From: Vicugna vicugna
Taxonomy: Eukaryota
Direction of reading: 5' to 3'
NCBI GenBank assembly: GCA_013265495.1
Contig: MU057796.1
Coordinates: 620,001-684,000, forward strand
Length of the DNA: 64,000 nucleotides
The position numbers and the translations under genes are program-made. This document shows, piece by piece, positions 28,740 to 39,395 of the stretch. Each line of letters begins with the position of its first letter. The stretch's first letter is position 1. The notes below the pieces were generated by a model that saw nothing but the letters and a program-made list of their open reading frames with translations, ran no database searches and was not told the DNA's origin.

Positions 28740-29480
28740 TACATAGGACTGGAAGCTACAACCTGAGTAAACTTTCTGGAGATCCAGTGGAGCATGTAGC
28801 AATTTACCTCCAAGGAAAAGAGCCATGTGGCCATCTTGAACTCCTTACTCACCATGTGCTGGGGAACTTTGGATTTTGAAGGTAAAACATCTTTCCTGCG
28901 AGACCTTCTTTGATCCATTTTCCTCTTCAAAGGGGCCAGGAACAGTGGAATGCTTTCTAGGCAATCCAGGCTCTGCTATTAGCTGGCCTGCTGCTCAGTC
29001 CCGTGACTCAAAATACCTTGGAATATCTGATCTCTAAGTACCATACCAGGGGCAGTGGTGTGCTATAGTAAACCCCAATTATAATGGGAGCTACTGAATT
29101 TGAGAGAAAAACAAGACCTCTTCACTGTGTAACTACCATCTTTTGGAGAAGCAGCTCATGCTTGTGACTGAGCTCTGTTAGAAACTCAATTGCTGCCTGA
29201 GAGATACCTGGTGTCTATGCAAACTGAGTTGTACAGAAAGTGTGAGCTTTCTCCATCTACCAAGCTCAGGTCTGAGGGTACTCAGCAACATTTCCATTTT
29301 AATGGAAGTGATATTTATGGGACCAGATACTTAAGGAACCTGAAAAGCATAAATATATTACCTATAACTTGCTACTTCATCAAGCATCCTTCCACTCATC
29401 CTCACTCAACCAGCTCTTGGAGCTCCCTATGTTAATGGGCAGAAGAAGAATATTGACTGGGCATGAAAAGATTTGACCTA
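28740..29480 (+). mobile_element. ERVL/MaLR-type internal (pol, RT-RNaseH junction) relic
   Basis: aactaccatcttttggagaagcagctc...tgagctctgttagaaact (~29131-29190) is a frameshifted match to the recalled ERVL pol motif NYxPFEKQLLACYWALVET. Confidence 0.55.
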
Positions 29481-29654
29481 TGTTCAATGAAGACTCAAAT
29501 CTAGTTCTCTTCACCCTGTATGTAGTTCATGGAAATTCCTACCAGTCCCTAGAAAATAGTTACTTGTTAGCCTTAATTCCACTTTGTATTGCCCTGTTTT
29601 CACCTTAGTTTATGTGCCTTAACAAGTAATTTAACAGGACCTTGAAAGAAGCTA

Positions 29655-30302
29655 CAGTCAATTCTTATTTTTGGCGGTAGTCAGTCTTCCTGTAAAGTCC
29701 CTGCAAATACTAAACTAATGATTCTTGAACCACTGATCTTAGTGGAAATGCAGGTTAGGCTCCTGTGAGCCTCTGATCATGGCATTTTCATTAACCCATC
29801 AGTATATAACCTTGGTTTATAAGTATTTATGTATTTTTCATTTGTATTCTGTATTTTAGTGGATATTTTTAATTAATTATCTTTTAGCTCACAGCCAACA
29901 GCACTGTAACTCATGCCTCAGTGAAGCTTATCTGTAAGCATACCACACCTTTTCTGTAAGCATGCTACAGTGTTTTCATGCTTTGAAACACTAGATAGCA
30001 CTTTAGCACTACATTTGGAGGCCATTTTCAACAGCAAAGTTGTCACCAAAAAGCAAAAATGCAAAAAATATAGCACTAAACAGACTGTGAAAAGGACATT
30101 TTTTGACAGTATGAGGGCTGAAACAAGAAGCCACGTTCAACCTCAGCTGGCAGTAAGCACATCAGACAACTCAACTTTGTAACCACCCTGCAATTAACCA
30201 TGGATGACTGCAAAAGCATTACATATGACTAGGGATTACAAATAAATTTTAGTGAGCAGGTGAATTCACAAGTGAAGAATCTGCAAATAATGAGGATCAA
30301 TG
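29655..30302 (+). mobile_element. Full-length non-autonomous Tigger-family DNA transposon (MER82-like)
   Basis: TA followed by CAGTCAATTCTTATT... at the left end, complementary ...aataatgaggatcaatg at the right end; ~650 bp; interior matches recalled MER82 (ggttaggctcctgtgagcctctg). Confidence 0.8.
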
Positions 30303-30834
30303 ATACATTGGGAACAATCCGTGGCATCGTGTTAGTGCTGATCCAGATGTCTTATCTGAGCAAGCTAGACTTCAGAGAAGGTGCCTTGTACAATTGTCCT
30401 CCAAGCCACTCACATAGGAAAAATGATGTGAACACTTCTAGCAATATATTGATTTTAGAAAGGGAAATAATCCTATTTACTGGTTATTGGACAAAGATGA
30501 AGGTAAAGGAGAATGGTAGCACTCATTTATGTTTCCTAATTTCCTTCAACGCTGCCAAGCTAAAATACTGTCCAGATTCTCTGCTTTGGGTTGACCATGC
30601 TTGAAGATAACTCTTTGTCTTTTTGGATAGTGACTTGGCTAGTGCTAGGCCCTCTCTAGTTACTTGTTCTAAGAGAAAGTGATGAATACAGTCTTATCTT
30701 ATCATGGAAACAAATAGTTGAGCCTTAAGGTTTAGCTTCAGACATCTTATAGATTATGCCCCTCCCCACCCCATATGCTTCCACCAACTCCTTTCTATCA
30801 GAAGTGGGGCACGTTCCTTCATAGTCCTCATTAT

Positions 30835-31050
30835 GATAGTAATAATAATATCTAATGTCTAATGTTAGTTTACTACATGCCCAGTAATATGCTAACCATT
30901 GTTTCATTTACACATTATAATAGCCCTGTGAAGTATTATTAATATCTTTATTTTATATAAATAAGGAATCTGAAGGTTATAATTCTGTTTAGAAAATTTG
31001 CCCAAGATAATAGCTATTTAGCAGTAGAGCCAGGTTAAGGACTAGATGGG
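30835..31050 (-). mobile_element. MIR SINE remnant
   Basis: Antisense MIR core (ttttatataaataaggaatctgaagg...tttgcccaagata). Confidence 0.55.
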
Positions 31051-31093
31051 TATATCCTGGTAGACACTAAGTTTATTGCTTTAGAAGCAGATT

Positions 31094-31440
31094 GTATGAG
31101 CCAGCATAGGCTGGGTTCTGCAGCAGTAACATGCAGCCCCCAAATTGCAGTGACTTAAAATCACAAATATTTCCTTCTCATATATATACACCTTGGATCA
31201 GCTGTGGGCTTGCGCTGTTCTGCTTTCATTTCAGACTTCTTGAGGCAAATGGAGCAGTCGCTTTGTGGAATATTGCCAGAGTAGAGGGAAAGAACAAGGT
31301 ATAGCAATACCACACTGGGTCAGAGAGCTTCTTCCTAAAAGTGACGTCACTGCTTCTGTTCCTACATGATTGGCTCAAATAAGTCACTTAACGAATCCTA
31401 ACCCTAAGCAGTCAGGGAAGTGCGATCTTCCCAAGTTTAG
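31094..31440. mobile_element. MaLR LTR (MLT1-like) remnant
   Basis: Terminal motif ataggctgggttctgcagcagtaaca...ccccaaattgcagtgacttaaaa is typical of old MLT1 LTRs. Confidence 0.55.
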
Positions 31441-32695
31441 ATGACACGTATTAGGTGGTAATTAGCTTACTTTTAATGGTCTTTCTTAGCCTGAAGTCTT
31501 CTCAGAGATGCAGGGGTTTTCATTTCTGACTCAATGCTCTTTTGCTCTTAGAAGATGCATTCGATTTAGGTTGGAATGGGAATATTTTTATGGTCAGAAC
31601 CTGTTGATCATAATATGATTATAAAATAGTGGATATATTTCTAAATCCTTATATGAATGTTTGCATAATATCCCAGTATATCACTCTTCCATTAATCATT
31701 GAACACTCCCCTATCATGAGGCTTTTCTGTTGGTATCAGTCTTTCACTATTTCAACACAGAGCTGTTACAAGTATTTTCTATCAGGGGCAGTTCATGTTG
31801 TTACCATTGTCTTATTGTTTTCACTATTTGATGTTTAGTTACTAAAAGGCTTTTCCTGTTGTAAATATTGCAAATAGTATTCATGGTTTTCTCTTTGCCT
31901 TTTAAGTGTAATTATGGTATTTTCAGACAGAAAGGTTTTCAAGAACTTTGTTGAAACAGCGACATATAAGTAGATGAACACTCCATTTCCATCCTGTGCA
32001 CCATCTCAATAGTCAGAGCAAATGAAATCTGATTATGAGCTTTGGGGTCCTAACACCCATAGCTGTCTTTATCTTCCAGCATTTTTGCTTGCTTGTTTTT
32101 TTTTTAATTGGATCCTTGGATGCTCTGATCTATATCTCTATAAACAGTAAAGAATAATAAAAGAAACACATGAGGAAAAAAAAATCAAGATTTAGTATTA
32201 TTAAAGGAAAAAAGGGAACACTAGATTAGAAAGACAGATAAGGAGAATAGATATCCCTAAGCAATGCCAGATGCACTAAGATACAGATCATATTACATTT
32301 CTCCAAGTCATTTCTCTAGTTTTTTTTTCCTCATTCCTTAGCCTCTAGCATTCAAGTGTACTTGTTTTTCAGCTTCAAAGCAAAAACTTCAAATGCTCAC
32401 ATTTGCTCACATTAGATAACATTCAAGTGCAAGTCTAATGTTTCTTTCCTTGGTGAAAAAGCAAATAAATCATCCTCTAGTAATGCAAAAAAGTTTCAAA
32501 CTAAGTCTTCTTCTACTATCAATATATCCATCAAACACTGAGACATTGTGGGATTTAAGGAGCCTTGGGGTTTTAAAGTCTTGGCTTGGTGTATTTTAAT
32601 GCCACATGTATTTTTTTACAAGTGTTTCCATTTATTTTTATAAGAAAAATTAGCATATGATTAAGATATGTAAATGGATTTATGCATTAATTTTT

Positions 32696-32781
32696 TAAAC
32701 ATTTTTTAATTGAGTTACAGTCATTTTACAATGTTGTGTCAAATTCCAGTGTAGAGCACAATTTTTCAAATATAAACAAAC
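32696..32781 (-). mobile_element. Extremely 5'-truncated (~86 bp) young L1
   Basis: Reverse complement of the L1 terminus seen at 680-750 and 37870-37948; TSD TTATG(C/T)ATTAATTTTT at 32680-32695 and 32782-32797. Confidence 0.85.
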
Positions 32782-34265
32782 TTATGTATTAATTTTTAAT
32801 TGAAAACAATATTCTTAATTATTTTGTGTGATGCTAAGAAATTTCTAAAGATAAATGCAAATGGCTTTACAGTATGATGGTGGTTTGGAGCAAAGCAGGG
32901 AAGATATTTCTAGGATACTTTAAATGATACAGTCAAAGTAGTTTCAAGGTTAAATGAAATCCTGTTTTGACCATAATTTATAGGATTTCTTTGAAACACA
33001 TTACTTAGCATTACATTGTTCACACTTACCTCTAGAAAACAAAACATTGAATTGACCCAGAAGATCTGTTCAAGAATTACATCATAGAATATACTTTAAA
33101 AGTAAATTTAATTTAAAAAAAGAGTAAACTTCTCAGATAACTTAAGGAATAAGATAAAATCATTTATTTACAAATCACTGACATGACTAAGTAGATATAT
33201 TATCACCAAAGGAATTTGTTAGAAATTATATTCTGATTTTAAAAAATACCTCTTATTGGAAAAATGAAAATGAATTATGTTCTTATCACAAGAGGTAGGA
33301 AAGAAATATTCCATAGATGTCTTTAATGTTGTTCAACAGAAAACTTTCTGAATCATCCTATGAATATGAAAGATCTATAAAAAACAGGAATTGGGATAAA
33401 ATAAGTCATCTCATGAGAACTATTTCATTACTAGATTCAACTTCTCCTGACCTTATGCTGATTATATGATAAAGTTTTATGAGGAGGTATAAAAGCTTAG
33501 CGTTGACCTCAGGTGGGGGTGGGGGGAGCCAATAGCAACTTGACTACTAAAACTACTGTATTTAAAATAGTAGCACACAATTATGGCAAAGGTTTCCAAA
33601 GGATAGAAATCATAAATATTTTTAGGATCCTGACTGATGGACATTTTTCAGTATTTTAAGATACTTCAAAATGGGTAGTATATTTTTTCTCTAGGTGAAA
33701 GCTATAACTTGAAGTTAAAATGACTGTAGTCTCAGGTCTGAACCAAGTTACAGGACTATTAGAACCATTCCCTTTTGTGTGACATTCCTAAAGAAAATGT
33801 AATGTCCCCTTTCTTTTAATAGAGACCCACTTATTACATAGCTTAACCTGACAGATCCTACTGAAGCCGTTGAATCAGAACGGACCTTGTATAATAACAG
33901 TGCAGCAACACCTCAGAGACACAGACATCATTCATCCAATAACTTCAGTTATCTAGAAAACAGCAGCGATCAGAATGTAATACATATACTTGAATAGCCA
34001 AGACAGATAACATATAGACCAAATTTTACCAGCTCTCTGCTCATGGAAGAACTCTTTAAGCCTTTACTCTCAGCACCTAGCACTAACTTGAGGCCTGATT
34101 TTAACTGCTCTGTATATTTGTTTTCCATATCTTTAGCAAATTAGAAACAATAAATGAAAAGTTGGAAATGCTGAAGGCATCAATTTGACAACAGGAAGAA
34201 CCACAATCATACAGCCTGAGCATAGAGATGAGAAAGAAAACAATTAGAGCATACATTCAGAAACC

Positions 34266-34319
34266 CATCACCACCACCACCACCACCAACAACAACAACA
34301 ATAACGATAATAGTAGTAG
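34266..34319. repeat. Compound trinucleotide microsatellite (CCA)n(CAA)n(TAA/TAG)n
   Basis: Directly visible. Confidence 0.9.
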
Positions 34320-34337
34320 AGCTCTGCTGCCACTTAC

Positions 34338-34545
34338 CGTGCCATAAATGGCCCTTCTGTCTACCATGGTAGAGGTGAGAGTCTGAGGTGTGCAAGTACT
34401 CCTGTATGAGATAGATAGTATCCTCGATGTAGAAAGCATGTCTCCACAAACTCTCACCAGGAAACATTACTGGAGGTTTTCAGTAATCTTTGATCACCAA
34501 GGAATTTTCTGCTTAGCTTCCCAGGAACATTCATATTGGGAAAAG
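34338..34545 (-). other. Candidate first exon of an unidentified gene
   Basis: Strong donor ACG|GTAAGT (intron begins at 34337), Kozak ACCATGG (ATG 34367-34365), in-frame upstream ATG at 34439, TATA-like tract at 34563-34574. No partner exon identified. Confidence 0.3.
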
Positions 34546-35376
34546 CAGTGATGTCATTAAGAGATATATATATACCCTGTCAATGGAACTTCCACATTCA
34601 AATTAATAAATTGACTTTCTGATTTGCGTAAGTCTTGTATAATATAAACCCACTGTGAATCAAATCTTCTTTGATCTTACTAATGAAATCCAATTTTTAG
34701 ACCTGCAAGTCTAAAGAGATGAACCTTAGTTTCTGGTAAAATTACAAAGCTATGCCACCAGCTGAGGCCTCTGAGCACCAGCTTTCTCCTGTGGTTTCTC
34801 CAAATGATAATTTGTCTTCAAGCAAAGTTTTAGCAAGAAAATCCTGATTTAAAAGTTTTTGCTGTATTTCCTTCAGGAAGTATTCATTTTCTTAAGGAAA
34901 TTCTAAGAGGATTTCAACATTTGCATGAAGCAAAAGCTTTCTCTAGTAAGTCACAGGCTGTGGTATTTTTACAAATGGCCTGATTACTCCTATGTTAAAA
35001 TCTTTAAACACTCACTATTAAACAATTTCTGGTCACACATACAGGCATTTTTTATAATTACAGAGAAAACTTTAAAAAAGCTGCCAGAAACAAAATTAAG
35101 GTTTTGATTCACAGTAGAAACAAAGTTCAGAATTTATAAGTAATTTTGTGATTTTAAAGCAACTTTGGAGGAGGTAAAATTCTGAGGTAGCATTGCAGGC
35201 ACTCTGTCTAGAATAAAGTTGTGAGCTTAAAACCTATGTCTACAAACAGAAACCATGAGAGGTGGGGGTTCTAGTGATCTCCTGGCATAAATATTGACTA
35301 ATGTCTTTCAGTGATATTAAATTCAGAGTTCAGTTCTTTGCCCTGCACAAAGTTATATTAAAAAGTCATGGTTTAG

Positions 35377-38100
35377 TTTTCCCAACACCATTTGCTAAAG
35401 AGACTGTCTTTATTACGTTGTATATTCTTGCCTCCTTTATAGAAGATTAGTTGACCAAAAGTTTGTGGGTTCATTTCTGAGCTCTCTATTCTGTTCCATT
35501 GGTCAGTATGTCTCTTTTTGTACTAATGCTATGCTGTTTTGATTACTGTAGCTCTATAGTATTGTCTGAAGTCTGGAAGAGTTGTTTCTCCAGCCTCCCA
35601 TTCTTTTTCTTCAGTAATGCTTTGGCAATTCTAGGTCTTTTGTGGTTCCATATAAATTTTATTATGATTTGTTCTAGTTCTGTGAAATATGTGCTGGGTA
35701 ATTTGATAGGGATTGCATTAAATCTGTAGATTGCCTTGGGCAGAATGACCCTTTTAACAATATTGATTCTTCCAATCCAGGAGCATGGGATATCTTTCCA
35801 TTTTTTTAAGTCTTCTTTAATTTCCTTCATCAATGGTTTATAGTTTTCCATGTATAAGACTTTCACCTCCTTGGTTAGATTTACTCTTAGGTATTTTATT
35901 ACTTTGGGTGCTATTTTAAAGGGGATTGTTTCTTTACTTTCTTTTCCTGTTGATTCATCATTAGTGTAAAGAAATGCAGCTGATTTTTGAACATTAATCT
36001 TGTAACCTGCTACCGTGCTGAATTCTTGGATTACTTCTAGTAGTTTTTGTGTGGACCTTTTAGGGTTTTCTATATATAGTATCATGTCATCGGCATATAG
36101 TGACACTTTAACCTCTTCTTTTCCAATTTGGATCCCTTTCATTTCTCTCTCTTGCCTGACTGCTGTGGCTAGGACTTCCAAGACTATGTTGAATAGGAGT
36201 GGTAATAGTGGGCAGCCTTGTCTTGTCCCATGTTTTAGTGGGAAACTTTTGAGTTTTTCACCACTGAGTACTATGCTGGCTGTAGGCTTGTCATATATAA
36301 CTTTTATTATGTTGAGATGTGTTCCCTCTATACCCACTTTGGTGAGACTTTTTAATCCTAAATGGGTATTGAATTTTATCAAATGCTTTTTCTGCATCTA
36401 TTGAGATAATCATGTGGTTTTTGTCCTTTCTCTTGTTGAGGTGATGTATTACATTGATTGATTTGTGTAAGTTGAAACACCCTTGTGTCCCTGGGATGAA
36501 CCCCACTTGATCAGGATGTATAATCTTTTTTATGTTCTGTTGGATTCTATTTGCTAAAATTTTGGTAAGGATTTTTGCATCTATGTTCATTAGTAATATT
36601 CTGTAATTCTCTTTTTTGGTAGCAACATGTAAATCAGTGAAGCTAGAACACTCCCTTACACCATACATAAAAATAAACTCAAAATGGATCAAAGACTTAA
36701 ACATAAGACAAAATACAATAAACCTCCTAGAAGAAAATATAGGCAAAACATTATCTGATATACATCTCAAAAATGTTTTCCTAGGGCAGTCTACCCAAGC
36801 AATAGAAATAAAAGCAAGAATAAACAAACGGGACCTAATGAAACGTACAAGCTTCTGCACAGCAAAGGAAACCATAAGTAAAACAAAAAGACAAGCTACA
36901 GAATGGGAGAAAAGTTTTGCAAATGATGAAACTGACAAAGGCTTGATCTCCAGAATATATAAGCAGCTCATACAACTTAATAAGAAAAAAACAAACAACC
37001 CAATCCAAAAATGGGCAGGAGACCTAAACAAGCAATTCTCCAAGGAAGAAATACAAATGGTCAATAGGCACATGAAAAAAGTGCTCAATATCACTAACTA
37101 TCAGAGAAATGCAAATCAAAACTACAGTGAGGTATCACCTCACACCAGCCAGAATGGCCATCATTCAAAAATCCACAAATGACAGCTGCTGGAGAGGCTG
37201 TGGAGAAACGGGAATCCTCCTACACTGCTGTTGGGAATGCAGTTTAGTGCAGCCACTGTGGAAAACAGTATGGAGATTCCTCAAAAGACTAGGAATAGAC
37301 TTACCATGTAACCCAGTAATCCTGCTCCTGGGCATATATCCAGAAGGAACCCTACTTCAAAATGACACCTGCACCCCAATGTTCATAGCAGTACTATTTA
37401 CAATAGCCAAGACATGGAAACAGCATAAATATCCATCAACAGATGAGCGGATAAAGAAGCAGTGGTATATTTATACAATGGAATACTACTCAGCCATAAA
37501 AACTGACAACATAACGCCATTTGCAGCAACATGGATGTCCCTGCAGAATGTCATTCTAAGTGAAGTAAGCCAGAAAGAGAAAGAAAAATACCATATGAGA
37601 TCACTTATATATGGACTCTAAAAAAATAAAAAACATAAATACAAAACAGAAACAGACTGATACACATAGAATACAAACTTGTGGTTGCCAGAGGGGAGGT
37701 GGGTGGGAAGGGACAGACTGGGAGTTCGAAATTTGTAGATACTGACAGGCATATGCAGAATAGATAAACAGGATTATACTGTATAGCACAGGGAAATATA
37801 TACAAGATCTTGTGGTAGCTCACAGTGAAAAAAAATGTGACAATGAGTATATGTATGTTCATGTATAACTGAAAAATTGTGCTCTACACTGGAATTTGAC
37901 ACAACATTGTAAAATGAGTATAACTTAATAAAAAATGTTAAAAAAAAACTTTAGTTCTTGAATGTGTTTGTTATTATAACTGTGCTGATGGTTTGGTGAT
38001 TATATGTATATGTTAAATTCATCAGATTTCAATATGTGCAGTTTATTGAGTATCAGTTATAACTCAACAAAGTTGCTTTGAAAAGTAAATAGAAAAAAAA
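35377..38100 (+). mobile_element. Young LINE-1 with 5' inversion (minus 35377-~36617, plus ~36618-37948) and 3' transduction (~37949-38091)
   Basis: Inverted part carries the RT domain (284-aa ORF with YADD); sense part carries the ORF2 C-terminus and 3'UTR. Two A-tails (37940-37948, 38093-38101). TSD A(A/G)AGTCATGGTTTAG at 35362-35376 and 38101-38115. Confidence 0.92.
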
Positions 38101-38115
38101 AGAGTCATGGTTTAG

Positions 38116-38465
38116 ATACAGAGATTGTGATTACCAGAGGCAGGAGGATGGGGGCACTGGGAGAAAGGGGTTGAGGGGGTCAAAGGGGACAAACTTCCAG
38201 TAAAAATAAATGTCATGAAGATGTAATGTACACCATGGTGACTATAGTTAATAATTCTGTTGTACATATTTGAATGTTCTCATCACAAGAAAGAAAAAAC
38301 TTGTAACTACGTAAGGTGATGTTAACTAGACTCATTATGGGGATCATTTTGCAATGTTTACAAACATTGAATAATGATTTAGTTTTACACCTGAATGTTT
38401 TATATCTGAAACTAATATGTTATACGTAAATTAGACCTCAATTTTTTTTAATTCTTAAAAAATAA
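38116..38465 (+). mobile_element. L1MA-type 3'UTR fragment
   Basis: aatgtacaccatggtgactatagttaataat ... tacacctgaa ... cctcaat motifs. Confidence 0.75.
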
Positions 38466-39214
38466 CACTTAAAATTTAGCCATGGTTTTTCCTTATCACC
38501 TTAGACAGAATTTACAAGAACAATTGTATTTTAAAAGCACACTCAGAGGCTAAGGGTGGATCTCCTTGTCTTTATCTCTAAGTATACTTGTGAGAGTTGC
38601 ATTTTTAGATAGGGTTGGGGCAGTAGAAAGTAGTCTTCTCTTTTCCGATTTATCAGACAAAACTTCACAGTGATGTTAGGAGGAAAAAAGGGGAGTAACT
38701 GTTGAGTCGTATGCCATTTATTTATATTCTAGTCTATAAACCATTTAACAAAGATGTTTGCACAGAGCAGCCCATGATAAGAGGCAAAGAGTGGGTGTCA
38801 TTCTACAAATGCAAGTGTATATAACCATATCCACAATGCAAGAAAACATGCCTACCTAGACAGCCTCTTAAGATATGTGCCTGTGCTCAAGATGAGAAAA
38901 AAACTAATGAGAAAAAATCAAGTACTGCCCCCTCAACAAACTCTGATGTGTTTTCAGTTATCAGAAGACATGTTTAGAAGATGATCTTGTGTGTGATAAT
39001 CTAAAGGCATCTTGTAGACAGAGAACTAAGCTGCAGATCTAGAAACTGAAAGCCAGTGACAGCCCTGCAGAGAGCGTGGCGAAAAGGACTGAAGTCCAAT
39101 GTCATTGTCCCTTTGAGTTCTTACTAGTTCTACTTCTTTGTCAAGCCCCTGTTAGTACAAGAAAGTACAGTCTGGTTTGTTCAGATCATTTTTAGTGGTG
39201 AATAAAACATTACT

Positions 39215-39395
39215 CAAAGCTGGGTTCTATCCTTCACAGCTAAACACTTAACTCCCCTATGCATCACTTTTCTCGTGTTAATTAAGTGTAATAATGCACA
39301 CTTTCCCAGACTGCAGGCAGTGCTAGAGGTAATGTATGTCATACACCCAGCATGGTGCCTGCCATAGTAGATTCTCAATAAATGGAAGCTGTCAT
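39215..39395 (+). mobile_element. MIR SINE remnant
   Basis: cagcatggtgcctgccatagtagattctcaataaatggaagct 3' motif. Confidence 0.55.

Noticed and set aside
33848..33952. Possible second minus-strand exon (ttttctag acceptor ... CAG|gttaag)
   Set aside because: Weak donor and an early stop in the frame continuing from the 34338 donor; unsupported.
36291..37094. 267-aa minus-strand ORF as a novel gene
   Set aside because: Antisense L1 sequence fused to sense ORF2 across the inversion junction.
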